From Myxococcota bacterium (GTDB taxonomy: Bacteria; Myxococcota_A; UBA9160; UBA4427): 64,000 bases of DNA. Positions 10,076 through 20,926 of this stretch are shown in pieces. The notes beneath the pieces were generated by a model. That model ran no database searches. It was given only the letters and a program-made list of their open reading frames with translations, and had not been told where the DNA came from. The DNA lies in contig OZ252299.1 in assembly GCA_965250285.1 (NCBI GenBank), forward strand, positions 2,080,001 through 2,144,000. Reading direction: 5' to 3'. The position numbers and the translations under genes are program-made. Position 1 is the first letter of the stretch; every line of letters starts with the position of its first letter.

Positions 10076-10208
10076 CGGGCGTTTTCGGGTCTCCAGCCGA
10101 ATCGAAGGGGCCCCATCCCAACCGACCACGAGCCGCTCCGTCCTAAAACGGATCAACACCGTATGGCCGGGGCCCCGAAGACTGAGGCGGGAGACCCGAA
10201 AACGCCCG
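10076..10208. repeat. Long imperfect inverted repeat between convergent genes
   Basis: CGGGCGTTTTCGGGTCTCC (10076-10094) is the exact reverse complement of 10190-10208; inner GGGGCCCC at 10107 and 10169 symmetrically placed. Confidence 0.85.
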
Positions 10209-10253
10209 CCCCGAGCAACCCACCCGGCCCTGGCACCAGCCCCCCGCGCGTCG

Positions 10254-10952
10254 TCACGACTCTGCAGGAGCGTCCGAGTCGACGAGCGCCACTTTGAGGG
10301 CCTGCAGTCGTTCGATCTGCTCTGCCTGGGTCGCGAGCCGATCCTTCTTGGCTTCGAGCTCGCCGCGCAACGCGACGTACGCCGTCTCTTGCGACTCGAG
10401 CCGCTTCTTCAGGCGCGTGACCTGCTTCGCCGCATCGTCGGCGGCCTGTTTCGCCGACTTTGCCGAAGCCAGCGCCGCCGCCGACTCGCTGCGCAGCTTC
10501 TCGGCTTCGTCCGGCGACACGGCGCCTTCGGGTGTGCGCGCGCGCTCGGCCGCCAGCGCATCGGCGTGCGCGGCGCGCGCCGCCGCCAGCTCGCCCTGGA
10601 GTGACGCCGCCTCTTCGCGCGCGCGGTCGCGGGCCTGCCGGGCCTCTTCGAGGTCGCGGTCGGTGACCGAGCCCGTCGCCGGCCCTGAGCTCTTCGAGTC
10701 GCCCGCGTCCTTGCGCTTGCGCAACTTGTCGTAGCGCTTGCGCACGTCGACGAGCTCGTCGCTCTTGCGCCTGAGCTTGCCCGACTCGCGCTCGAGCTGG
10801 TCGCGCGTCGCGCGCAGCTCGCCCTCGAGCTTGTCGGTGCCGATCTGCGCCTCGCTCACTTCGACGGTGAGCTGACGCAGCCGCGCGATCAGCGCGACGG
10901 CAAGGACGGCGAAGAGCGCTGCCGCGCCCCAGGCGATGGCGGTCGTTCCCAT
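10254..10952 (-). CDS. Single-pass membrane-anchored coiled-coil protein
   Basis: N-terminal hydrophobic helix followed by a heptad-rich charged region. Confidence 0.75.
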   Translation of the reverse strand: MGTTAIAWGAAALFAVLAVALIARLRQLTVEVSEAQIGTDKLEGELRATRDQLERESGKLRRKSDELVDVRKRYDKLRKRKDAGDSKSSGPATGSVTDRDLEEARQARDRAREEAASLQGELAAARAAHADALAAERARTPEGAVSPDEAEKLRSESAAALASAKSAKQAADDAAKQVTRLKKRLESQETAYVALRGELEAKKDRLATQAEQIERLQALKVALVDSDAPAES

Positions 10953-11101
10953 GCGGGCCCCCGTTGATTCGGCCAGACATTACCCACGGTCGGCGTCAGT
11001 CGCGCCCCTGTGGCGCAGATCACGACCGGGGGCCGCCTCGCTCGTCGACAGGACGATACTCGCGCGGCTGAGCCCCCGTGTCCGACGCGAGCGGGAGGCG
11101 C

Positions 11102-12154
11102 TCAGGGCCGCACGGCGTAGAAGGCGTTCATCGGGTTGGGCACGTCGAGCCGCTCGAACCCACCGAACCCCGCCTCGCGGCAGAACTGCTCGGCCTTCGC
11201 CGGCCCCCAGGCGGCGCCCAGCCCCTCGCCCCCGTGCGCCAGCGAGACCGTCATGCAGTGAAGCGTGCTCATCGCGTAGAGCAGCGCACCACCCGGGTTG
11301 ACGTTGCCTTCGAGCGCCGGCGCCACGTCGGGCTCGACCATGAAGAAGAGACCGTCGTCGCGCAGCACCTCGCGAATCCGCGCGAGCACGCCCTTCGGGT
11401 CGACGAGATCGTGGACGACGTCGAACGCCGTCACGAGGTCGAAGCCCGGGTCGACGGGCAGCGCCTCGCCGCCGGCGTGCTCGAAGTGCGCGTTGTCGAG
11501 CCCTTCGGCCGCCGCCGCGGCGCGGGCAGCTTCGATCGACCGCTTCGACACGTCGAACCCGACGATCTCCGATCGTGGATACGCGCGCGCGAGCGTCAAC
11601 ACGGCCGTGCCGGCCCCGCACCCCACGTCGGCGACCCGCAGGCCCGACTCGAGTCGCTCGGCGAGGCCCGGCACCGCCGCCAGCCAACGCCGCGTCAGCA
11701 GCAGCCGCATCCCGGGCGAATTCGCCCGCGAGATCCCCTGCACCATGAAGTCACCGTACTCGTCGTAGGGGACACCCCCGCCTTCGTGGCAAGCGGCCGA
11801 CACGCCCGGCACCGCGCGGTACAGCCCCTGCAGAATCTGGGTCCAGCCCCCCATGAAGTAGGGGCTCGATTCGTCGGCCAGCACGGCGGCGACCTCGTCG
11901 CGCAGCTCGAGCGTGGCCGCGTCGGCGTCCCACTCGAGCAGCCCGGCGGCGACCAGCGTGGCGGTGACCTCTTCGACGTAGCGAGGCTCGAGGCCGCTTC
12001 GGTCGGCGAGCGTGGCGACGCCGATCGGGCCCGCGCCCTGCAGATGCCCCAGCAGCCCCGTGCGATCGACCACGCCCAGCACGGCCATCACGGCGGCACT
12101 GCTCGTCATGTCGAAGAGGCGACCCATCGTGGCCTTGGCGACGTCGCGATCCAT
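11102..12154 (-). CDS. Class I SAM-dependent methyltransferase with N-terminal wHTH (Rv2258c-like)
   Basis: VADVGCGAG, FDVVHD, STLHCMTVSLA. Confidence 0.88.
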   Translation of the reverse strand: MDRDVAKATMGRLFDMTSSAAVMAVLGVVDRTGLLGHLQGAGPIGVATLADRSGLEPRYVEEVTATLVAAGLLEWDADAATLELRDEVAAVLADESSPYFMGGWTQILQGLYRAVPGVSAACHEGGGVPYDEYGDFMVQGISRANSPGMRLLLTRRWLAAVPGLAERLESGLRVADVGCGAGTAVLTLARAYPRSEIVGFDVSKRSIEAARAAAAAEGLDNAHFEHAGGEALPVDPGFDLVTAFDVVHDLVDPKGVLARIREVLRDDGLFFMVEPDVAPALEGNVNPGGALLYAMSTLHCMTVSLAHGGEGLGAAWGPAKAEQFCREAGFGGFERLDVPNPMNAFYAVRP

Positions 12155-12294
12155 CTCGCACTCCCGGATTGAGCTCGGTGGACACCGGCCCCGAAGAGAG
12201 TGCCCCGATGCGCCGCCGCAGCCAACCGGCGCATGGTAGGCTCCGCCGCCCGCTTCCCCGGGCCCAGCGCCCGCGCCCCTCTGCCGAGGCCGCC

Positions 12295-13035
12295 ATGCCG
12301 ACCGCCGATCGCCTGCTCAACATGACTCGAACGCTGCGCAGGCGGACCGCGGCCCTCGAGTTCGCGGCCCCCGTCGCCTACGTCTACAACCCGCTCGACC
12401 ACGCGAAGCGGCCCTATGCCCAGTACGTGCGCCGCTTCGCCGATGGCCGTCGGCGCGTCCTCTTTCTCGGCATGAACCCGGGGCCCTGGGGCATGGTGCA
12501 GACCGGGGTGCCATTCGGCGAGGTCGCCCTGGTGCGCGACTGGATGGGGATCGAGGCGAAGGTCGACCGCCCCGCCCGCGAGCATCCGAAGCGCCCGGTG
12601 GACGGCTTCGCCTGCACGCGCAGCGAGGTCTCGGGCGCGCGACTCTGGGGCGCGATCGCCGAGCACTGGGGCACCCCCGAACGTTTCTTCGCGCACCACT
12701 TCATCGCGAACTACTGCCCGCTCGTCTTCATGGAGGAGAGCGGCCGCAATCGCACACCCGACAAGCTGCCTGCGCGGGAGCGCGAGCCGCTCTTCGAAGC
12801 CTGTGACCACGCGCTGCGCCGAACCGTCGAGATTCTCGAACCCGAGTGGATCATCGGCGTGGGCGGCTTCGCCGCCGATCGCGCCGAGCAGGTCCTCGAG
12901 GGCTTCGATGTGCGCTTCGGGCGGGTGCTGCACCCGAGCCCGGCGAGCCCGATCGCGAACCGCGGCTGGGCGCCGAAGGCACGCGAGCAGCTCGTCGAGC
13001 TCGGGCTCTGCCGAGCGGGTTCGACGCGGCGCTGA
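12295..13035 (+). CDS. smug1: SMUG1-type (family 3) uracil-DNA glycosylase
   Basis: GMNPGPWGMVQTGVPFGEV, RSEVSG, NYCPL, HPSPASP. Confidence 0.92.
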   Translation: MPTADRLLNMTRTLRRRTAALEFAAPVAYVYNPLDHAKRPYAQYVRRFADGRRRVLFLGMNPGPWGMVQTGVPFGEVALVRDWMGIEAKVDRPAREHPKRPVDGFACTRSEVSGARLWGAIAEHWGTPERFFAHHFIANYCPLVFMEESGRNRTPDKLPAREREPLFEACDHALRRTVEILEPEWIIGVGGFAADRAEQVLEGFDVRFGRVLHPSPASPIANRGWAPKAREQLVELGLCRAGSTRR

Positions 13036-13156
13036 AGCCCGACGGATCCGCACTTTGTCGGTTGGACCGGACCGGCGCCGACGTTACTCTTGGCGCCCTT
13101 CGAGATCGCCCCTGCACGCATGGCCGGGGCGACCCACACCTTCGAGGAGCCCCGAG

Positions 13157-13915
<759 letters not shown>

Positions 13916-13936
13916 CGCCGAGCGGACGGTCCGGGC

Positions 13937-14341
13937 ATGTCGAGCGACGAAGAACGCGCCGCCGCGCTCCAGTCGAACGATGCGTTCTACCGCGCGTTCG
14001 CGGCGGGCGACTACAGCGCCATGGATTCGCTCTGGGCCCGGGCCGAGGCGGTGCTCTGCATCCACCCGGGTGGACCGCCGCTCCATGGACGCGACGCCGT
14101 GATGGAGAGCTGGCAGGAGATTCTCGCCCAGCCGCCGCCGATCGAGCACCGGGACCCGCACGTCGAGATCGTGCGCGGCGTGGCGTTCGTGACGTGCCTC
14201 GAGGCGGTGGCGGGTCGTCCGCTCGCCGCGACCAACGTCTTCGTCTGGGAGAATGGACGCTGGCGCCTCACGCACCATCAGGCGAGCGCGATCGCGGCGC
14301 CGGCGCCGCTGCAAGCCCCCGGCTCCGACACGATCCACTAG
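13937..14341 (+). CDS. NTF2/SnoaL-like domain protein
   Basis: NDAFYRAF, CIHPG, ATNVF...WRLTHHQAS. Confidence 0.88.
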   Translation: MSSDEERAAALQSNDAFYRAFAAGDYSAMDSLWARAEAVLCIHPGGPPLHGRDAVMESWQEILAQPPPIEHRDPHVEIVRGVAFVTCLEAVAGRPLAATNVFVWENGRWRLTHHQASAIAAPAPLQAPGSDTIH

Positions 14342-14353
14342 CTCGACCCGCGC

Positions 14354-15211
14354 TCAGGCGTCGGCGTCGATCTCGACGAACGGGACGAGCAGGCCGTGGC
14401 GGGCGACCGAGAATCGATCGCTCGCCACGGCCGCGTCGTCGTCGTCCTCGCTGCGCGTCTTTGCACCCGGCGTGTAGAGCACGGCCTTCAGGGCATCGGA
14501 CACCCGCTGCTCGTCGGCCGCTTCGATGCGGATCCCGCGCACACACAGCGTCGGCAGGTGGTGCTGTGCGTCGGGCACGCCGACGTCGCCGGGCGCAGCG
14601 TCGTGGATCGAGATCGCGAAGTGCGCGGCCAGGGCGGTCGCGATCGCATCGGCCTTCGCGATCGAGGCATCGCTCGACCAGTCGAGCGCCGCGACGAAGA
14701 GCATCGCCGCGGCGTCGGCCTTGCTGCGGCGTTTCGTCTTGACGAGCCGGGCGCGCAGCCCGGCCAGGGTCGGCTCGAGCGAGCGCTGCAGGTCGGCGAG
14801 CAGAATCGGCGGCGGAGGCGCATTCGACTGCTCGAGCGCCCCGAGTTCGCCGTGCCAGAGGCAGGTGAAGAGTCGCCCCTGGGTCGTGACCAGCCGCCGT
14901 GGCTGCGCGTCGGGCGCGTCGGCGAGATCGAGCTCGACCGGCGACCCCCACTGCGCGACGAAGCGTCCCGCATCGCCGCCGCCGGCGACCGCTCGGGCGC
15001 TCCGCGGCGGATCGAGGACCTGCAGCCAGCGCCCGGGCGCGCCCTCCGCCCAGTCGCCATACCCGCCCTCGCCCTCGTGCAGCACGTCGCCCTGCTCGAA
15101 GCGGCAGCTCGAGACGGCGCCCGCGAACGCAGCGGGAAGCGCCCAGGCGAAACCCGGCAGCCAGGACGCGCGCTCGGTGTGGGCCGCTTCGGGGGTCTTC
15201 GAAGGCGGCAT
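14354..15211 (-). CDS. Hypothetical protein
   Basis: ATG after GGAGG, genome-typical codons; no recognisable family. Confidence 0.55.
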   Translation of the reverse strand: MPPSKTPEAAHTERASWLPGFAWALPAAFAGAVSSCRFEQGDVLHEGEGGYGDWAEGAPGRWLQVLDPPRSARAVAGGGDAGRFVAQWGSPVELDLADAPDAQPRRLVTTQGRLFTCLWHGELGALEQSNAPPPPILLADLQRSLEPTLAGLRARLVKTKRRSKADAAAMLFVAALDWSSDASIAKADAIATALAAHFAISIHDAAPGDVGVPDAQHHLPTLCVRGIRIEAADEQRVSDALKAVLYTPGAKTRSEDDDDAAVASDRFSVARHGLLVPFVEIDADA

Positions 15212-15453
15212 TGGCCCCCTCCTCCATCGTCCCGCCAGGCACGCTTGGCGGTGCCCGGCCGCGCTCGCTCGGCGGCGCCGATTCGCACACGCTTCGCGGC
15301 GACCGCCCGCGCCCCCTGCGCGGCGCACGTCGCGGCGCCGACCCGCGCACGCGGACGGTACCCGAAGCCGCTCGACATGCGCCCGCGCTCCCCGAGTCGG
15401 CTCAGGTATGCTCGAACGGGTCGCCCGCGTCCGCCCGAGGAGCTGCTCCGACG

Positions 15454-16104
15454 ATGAGCCCCGCCCACCCGCGCGATCCCGACGTCCAACTCGAAGCGCT
15501 GCGCACACGAACGCTCGCCGAGCTCGAGCACCAATTCGAGCAGGAGCGCATCGACCGACCCGAGTTCGAGCGGCGCCGCGCCCAGGCGGCCGGGGCGCAG
15601 TCACCGATCGAGTTGCGCCCGGTCGTGGCCGACCTGCTCGAATCGCCGCCGGCACCGCTTCGCGACGCGCCTGCAGTCGGCTCGTTCGCCGAAACGGCCG
15701 CCGCGCCGGTCGAATCCGGCCGGAACGACACCGATCACGACTGGGCGATCGCGATCATGAGCGGTTCGACCCGATCGGGTCACTGGGAGCCCGCCGAGCA
15801 CGTCACGGCGCTCTCGATCATGGGCGGGATCAAGCTCGACTTTCGCGAGGCGGCGCTGCTCGAGGGGGTCGTGACCGAGGTGTCGATCTTCTGCTTGATG
15901 GGCGGCGTCGAGGTGCTGGTCCCGCCGGACATGCACGTCTCGGTCTCGGGGACCGGCCTGCTCGGCGGATTCGGGCACGTCTCGCACACCGCGACCACTC
16001 CCGACGCGCCCCGATTGCATGTCAGCGGACTCGCCGTCATGGGCGGCGTCGACGTGAAGGTGCGAGCACCGGGCGACGACGACGACGACGACGAGTCCCC
16101 GTAG
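15454..16104 (+). CDS. DUF1707 plus LiaF/DUF2154-like domain protein
   Basis: N-terminal EFERRRAQA..ELRPVVADL; repeated IMGG/LMGGV beta motifs. Confidence 0.8.
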   Translation: MSPAHPRDPDVQLEALRTRTLAELEHQFEQERIDRPEFERRRAQAAGAQSPIELRPVVADLLESPPAPLRDAPAVGSFAETAAAPVESGRNDTDHDWAIAIMSGSTRSGHWEPAEHVTALSIMGGIKLDFREAALLEGVVTEVSIFCLMGGVEVLVPPDMHVSVSGTGLLGGFGHVSHTATTPDAPRLHVSGLAVMGGVDVKVRAPGDDDDDDESP

Positions 16105-16548
16105 GGGGTGGATCGGCCCGAATGTCGATTCACCAGTCAATCTCGAAAAAGTTTCTCTTTGATTCCAGCCACTTGGAGGCTCTCCTTGACAGGGGACCCT
16201 CAGAACGCGCATACCATTCGAGACAACTTCGATGGGCCACGATCGGCGGCATGCCTCATTTGGCGTCCCCACTCGGGTCCGAAGACCGCATGACCGGAGC
16301 CGGCGGCATGCTCGCGCAGCGCGAGCCCGCCGGTTTTCCTCCATGGCGTTCCCGCCACTTCGATCGACACGCCCGCTGACGAGCAGGCCTTCGTTCGACC
16401 TTCAGGAGGCCGGCCTCGAGCACGCCCCGCCCGGGCGTGACCCGCGACGCTGCGGCTCGCCCACGAGGCGATCGATGGCGATGCAGGGCGCGGATCGACC
16501 GACGCCGTCGATGTCGACCCGGGCGCGGGGAGGAAGCAGAGCGCAGCT

Positions 16549-16719
16549 CCAAGCGGAGAGCGGAGAGCAGAGAGCGGAGAGCAGAGACGAGAGCGGAGCG
16601 GGCAGAGAGCAGAGCCCAGCGGCAGAAGAGCCGAACAAAGAGCCGAACAAAGAGCCGAACAAAGAGCCAAACGAAGAGACGAGCAAAGAGCCGAACAAAG
16701 AGACGAGGAACGAGACGCA
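16549..16719 (+). repeat. T-free purine-rich tract with 7-bp (GCRGAGA) and 12-bp (AAGAGCCGAACA) tandem repeats
   Basis: No T on the + strand from 16549 to 16719; seven 12-bp units at 16626-16709. Confidence 0.9.
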
Positions 16720-16811
16720 TTCGAGCAGCACGGGCATCCCGGCTGCGCACCGACCGGACCCGCGCGGGCTTCCGGCCCGAGAGAACGAAAGAACCCACGG
16801 AGGAACAGCCA

Positions 16812-17933
16812 GTGGCCGCAGAGGCAATGCACGCCGAGCAGACGGACATCCCCCCCACGTCCGGAGACTTCAGCCTCGCCCCACACGAGGTCGCCAAAGG
16901 CGAGCGCGCCGCGAGCGCCTACCTCAGCTCCCTCAAGCCCGGTGAGCCCCAGCGCGTCGCCGAGGAGGCGCTCGACACCCTGGCTGCCGTCGTCAGCGGT
17001 GGCATCTGCGACGCGAGCTCGTTCCCCTGGCACCAGATCCAGCCCTATCACGGCGCCCTCGCCTTCACGATCCTCAAGGAGAAGGGCGCCCCGGCGCACA
17101 TCGAGGCCATGCGCTGCCGCGCCGACGACACCCGCAAGTACCAGCCCGTCCCTGAGAGCTACCCGCCCAAGCAGGTCGCCCGCATCAAGAGCTCCTTCAA
17201 GGGCATCATGACCGAGTGCCAGAACCTCGGCTTCATCAGCGACGAGGAGCGCGACCTCACGATCACGGCGTCGACATCGTCGACGTCCGCCAAGCCCACC
17301 GAAGCCCGTGCAAAGGCGGGCAAGAAGGCCCAGACGGACCGCGAGCTGGCGCGCACCGAGGTCCTGGCGCTCCAGGCCGCCTGCCGGCTCGACGACTCCC
17401 CGGCCGGCAACCGCGACGGCCTGATGATCTCGCTCGCATACCACGGCGCGCTCAAGACCGTCGACCTGATCGGTCTCACCGTCGATCACATCCAGTTCGA
17501 CGCGCGCACCCAGAAGTCGGGCGTGCTGTTCAAGCCGGCACAGGCGAAGCGCTCACGGCGCGTCCCGTTCAGCAACGAAGAGATGATCGCGCTCGAAGAC
17601 TGGCTGATGGTGCGCGGCAACGAGCCGGGCCCCCTCTTCTGCTCACTCGGTCGGGGCGACAAGGTCGAGATCAAGCGCATGACCGCCGCGGCGGTCCGCG
17701 AGATCTGCGACCAGCGCGCAGGTGAGGCCGGCGTCCAGCCCTTCTCGCCGAACGACCTGGCCAAGAGCAGCCCGCTCGCCGCCAAGAAGCCGCGCAAGAA
17801 GGCCGCCGACGCCGAGTCGACCGAGGAAGACGAGCTGCCCGAGAACGAGAGCGTGCTCTTCGGCGACGAGCCCGAGGTGGACGACTCGGCCCGACGCATC
17901 TCGTTCCCGTACCACGTGCGCCTCGGTCAATAG
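16812..17933 (+). CDS. Tyrosine recombinase/integrase-like protein with degenerate catalytic site
   Basis: AYLSSL..FPWHQI; PAGNRDGLMISLAYHGALK; LEDWLMVRGNEPGPLF; AGVQPFSPNDLAKS; start GTG 16812 after GGAGG or ATG 16827. Confidence 0.8.
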   Translation: MAAEAMHAEQTDIPPTSGDFSLAPHEVAKGERAASAYLSSLKPGEPQRVAEEALDTLAAVVSGGICDASSFPWHQIQPYHGALAFTILKEKGAPAHIEAMRCRADDTRKYQPVPESYPPKQVARIKSSFKGIMTECQNLGFISDEERDLTITASTSSTSAKPTEARAKAGKKAQTDRELARTEVLALQAACRLDDSPAGNRDGLMISLAYHGALKTVDLIGLTVDHIQFDARTQKSGVLFKPAQAKRSRRVPFSNEEMIALEDWLMVRGNEPGPLFCSLGRGDKVEIKRMTAAAVREICDQRAGEAGVQPFSPNDLAKSSPLAAKKPRKKAADAESTEEDELPENESVLFGDEPEVDDSARRISFPYHVRLGQ

Positions 17934-18066
17934 CCGCCCTCGCCCCTGCGCCAAATCGAGGTCTTTTGGCCCCGCACCACCCCGGTTCGCGGCGCCACGC
18001 CGTCGTGCGCCCTCTCAAGCTCAACGGGCCGCCCAGCCGATAGCCAGGCTGGGAGGGGACCCCGCG

Positions 18067-18513
18067 ATGAGCGACACACGTTCGACGACCGAGCCGGCTG
18101 GCAAGGTGCAGGCCCACGCGCGGCGTGGGCTGCGCTGGCCCGTGCGCGTCGCGGCCATCGATCCCGAGATCGATCCGGTGAGCGGGCTGCCCTGCTACAC
18201 GAACTTCGAAGAGCGCTCGGGCAACGTGAGCGAGGGCGGCGTCTTCGTCGCGATGGACGACACCCTGACCCCCGGCCGCCGCGTGCTGGTCGAGGTCGAT
18301 CTGCCCGGCGGCGAGACCGTGCAGGCCGTCGGCGCCGTGGTCTGGCGGCGCATCCCCCAGCCGACCCGACCGACCGACCGACCGGCGGGCGTCGGCATCG
18401 AGTTCACCGGCATGGCCCGGTCTTCGGCGCGCGCCCTGGCCGACGCGCTCGAGCCCGCACGCCCCCGCCGCAAGCGCGGCGCGACCCGACCCAGCCCCTA
18501 CCGCCACCCCTGA
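18067..18513 (+). CDS. PilZ-domain protein
   Basis: RRGLR (RxxxR), NVSEGG (D/NxSxxG), GAVVW, GVGIEF. Confidence 0.85.
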   Translation: MSDTRSTTEPAGKVQAHARRGLRWPVRVAAIDPEIDPVSGLPCYTNFEERSGNVSEGGVFVAMDDTLTPGRRVLVEVDLPGGETVQAVGAVVWRRIPQPTRPTDRPAGVGIEFTGMARSSARALADALEPARPRRKRGATRPSPYRHP

Positions 18514-18712
18514 ATCGCGGCCGACCGCCGCGCCGATCGCTCCACGGCTCACTCGAGGCGCGCTCGCACCGACGAGGCCGACGTATACTCGACCGCCCTC
18601 GTCGCGTCGTGCGCACCGCCTCGCCGCGCGCGCTCGACCGCCCACGTCGTCGTGCGCACCCTCTCGCCGCGCGCGGTCGACCGCCCTCTCGGGCGCCAAG
18701 CGGAGTGCGTGC

Positions 18713-19615
18713 ATGCCCCTGCGGAAGATCTCGTCGCCCAGCGCACGGCCCGCCCGAGCGGGCGTGATCGCGGCGCTGCTCACCGTCACGCTCGTCTTAC
18801 CGCTCGCGCGCAGCGGTCCGGCGTCGGCCAACGACGAGACGTTCCTCCCGATCGCCGATTGGCAGGGGGACGACGGGCTGACCGGCAGCCAGATCTACGA
18901 CCGCGTGATCGACAATCGATTCGACGCGTCGACGCAGCTGATGAGCCTGAGCTCGAAGGACCGTGGCGGCTACAAGCAGTACGTCGAGATGGAGTCGCGC
19001 TATCTGCGGGGCGACGCCGACGACGACGTCATCGCGCGCACGATCGCGAAGTACACGCGCCCCCTCGATACGCTGCACATGGGCTACCTCGTCATCAACA
19101 AGCGACGGGGCCCTGACGACCAGTTCGTCTATCTGCCCAGCTCGCGCAGCGTGCGTCGGATCAACGCACGCACCGAATCGATCTCGGGCACCGACTTCAC
19201 GCTCGAGGACATCGTGCCCGAGGAGGCCGAAGACGCGGCGCACTACCGCATGCCCGACACCGAGTACAAAGGCGTGCCCGCGTGGGTCGTCACCGTCGTT
19301 CCGCACGAAGACACGCGCAGCGCGTACTCGAAGTTCGTCGTCACGATCGAGAAGGAGCGCGGTGTCCCGCTCCAGACCGAGTACTGGGACGACCGCGGCG
19401 TGCGCATCAAGGAGCTGCGCGCCGATCCACGCTCGATCGAGATGTACTCGAGCGAGGATCGCGGTGTCGAGAAGCGCGTCTGGATCGTCCGGCGCTCGAA
19501 GATGATGCACCTGAAGCGCGAGAGTCAGACGGTGCTGAACATTCTCGACTTCGTTCCGAGCCCCGAGCTCACCGTCCGCGACTTCAGCCAGAGGGAGCTG
19601 ACGGCCGGCCGCTGA
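18713..19615 (+). CDS. LolA-like outer-membrane lipoprotein-sorting family protein
   Basis: Signal peptide; DDQFVYLPS..VRRI..GTDFTLED signature. Confidence 0.8.
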   Translation: MPLRKISSPSARPARAGVIAALLTVTLVLPLARSGPASANDETFLPIADWQGDDGLTGSQIYDRVIDNRFDASTQLMSLSSKDRGGYKQYVEMESRYLRGDADDDVIARTIAKYTRPLDTLHMGYLVINKRRGPDDQFVYLPSSRSVRRINARTESISGTDFTLEDIVPEEAEDAAHYRMPDTEYKGVPAWVVTVVPHEDTRSAYSKFVVTIEKERGVPLQTEYWDDRGVRIKELRADPRSIEMYSSEDRGVEKRVWIVRRSKMMHLKRESQTVLNILDFVPSPELTVRDFSQRELTAGR

Positions 19616-19642
19616 CCTGACGCGCGGCGGTCGACGATTCGA

Positions 19643-20926
19643 TCAGTTCGTCGCTTCGGGCGCCGCCGGCTCGAGCGAGATCCAGCGCGCGCGAAACCGC
19701 TTGGGCCCCGCTCGCACCACCCCGCCACAGGGACACGTGCCGTCTTCGTTCAGCCGGGCGCGGCAATCCTCTTGCGACTCGACCGGCAGCGGCACGGCGC
19801 TGTCGTCGCTGAAGACGAGCGCGCGCTTGCCATCGGTCGACACGATGAAGCTCTGCACGTCGAGTGCCTCGGGCAGGGGCTCGCCTTTCGACGGCTTCTG
19901 ATTCGGATCGCCCGACCAGCGGTGCAGCTGATAGCCCGTGGTTGCACCGAGCGGCGCCGTCACGAGCAGGTACTGCCCGAGCTCGGGCACCCACTCGATT
20001 GCGCTGATGCCGCGACGGTCGGTCACGATGCCGAAGGGGTCGCCGAAGACCGGCTGCCGGCCGGTGACGAGCGCCCGGGGGTTCTCGATGGGCACGAACT
20101 GGGCGCGAGACGCACGCGTCGGATTGCGCAGCGCGATCCAGACCGCCTCGTCGTCGGGGGCCATCGCCAGCCCCTGGATGTCGATGCCGCGCACCTGCGG
20201 CGCGAGATGCTCCATCTTTCGGTACTGGGGCATCATCGAGTTTCGAACGCCAGATCGTTTGATCTTCTCATCGGCTTCGAGCTTGTAGGTGAGATCCATG
20301 ACCGGCTTGCCGACGGGGACGAGCACCTCGAGGCCCATCCGCGACACGATGTTCGTCGCGAAGAAGCGTCGGCGGTTCGGCCGCGTCTCGCCGTCCGCGC
20401 GCCGCGCATGCGAGGCGATCCAGTAGACGATGCCGTCGCCGCGGGCAGCCCCCTCGATCGCCGAGAAGTTGCGGACGCTGAGCTCCTTGACCTGCAGGAA
20501 CGGGTAGAAATCCTGGGTCGCGCGCGGGCGGTGGACGCCGGATCGCTTCGGGTCGGGGGTGCCATCGGCGCCGACGAGCTCGAGCGCCGCGGGCTCGATC
20601 AAGTCGTAGGTGCGCAGATAGTTGTCGTCGTCGCTGCCGATCACCACCCGATCGCCATTGAGCCGGACCGCGGCCGACGCGCCGCATGTGCCCCAGAAGT
20701 GCATGATCTCGGGATCGGGATCGGCGGGCACCGACGTGATCGGCTTGACCGGCGGTTTGATTCGCTTCGGCAGGCTGGGCAGGGCCGGCGAAGCACTCGA
20801 GCCGCCGGCCGGCGGCGCCTGCGCGGCGTCGTCGGGGGCGCCCTGCGACTGCGCCCAGCCGTCGTTTGCCAAGAGCAGCATGATTGAGAGGCCGAGGCAG
20901 GCGAGCGACGACGCGAGCTTCCGCAC
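19643..20926 (-). CDS. Secreted DUF3616-like (beta-propeller) protein
   Basis: Signal peptide; IEGAA..YWIASH, GIDIQGLA, ALRNP motifs. Confidence 0.7.
   Translation of the reverse strand: MRKLASSLACLGLSIMLLLANDGWAQSQGAPDDAAQAPPAGGSSASPALPSLPKRIKPPVKPITSVPADPDPEIMHFWGTCGASAAVRLNGDRVVIGSDDDNYLRTYDLIEPAALELVGADGTPDPKRSGVHRPRATQDFYPFLQVKELSVRNFSAIEGAARGDGIVYWIASHARRADGETRPNRRRFFATNIVSRMGLEVLVPVGKPVMDLTYKLEADEKIKRSGVRNSMMPQYRKMEHLAPQVRGIDIQGLAMAPDDEAVWIALRNPTRASRAQFVPIENPRALVTGRQPVFGDPFGIVTDRRGISAIEWVPELGQYLLVTAPLGATTGYQLHRWSGDPNQKPSKGEPLPEALDVQSFIVSTDGKRALVFSDDSAVPLPVESQEDCRARLNEDGTCPCGGVVRAGPKRFRARWISLEPAAPEATN

Noticed and set aside
12295..13035. SMUG1 as evidence of eukaryotic gene transfer
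   Set aside because: SMUG1-type glycosylases are already known in several bacterial lineages
16186..16217. TTGACA...TACCAT sigma-70 promoter
   Set aside because: The spacer is 20 bp, too long to call
16232..16945. ORFs reading through the purine repeat (EPNK or KSRT repeats)
   Set aside because: A T-free tract has no stop codons in any + frame; the RBS and protein similarity support a start at about 16812
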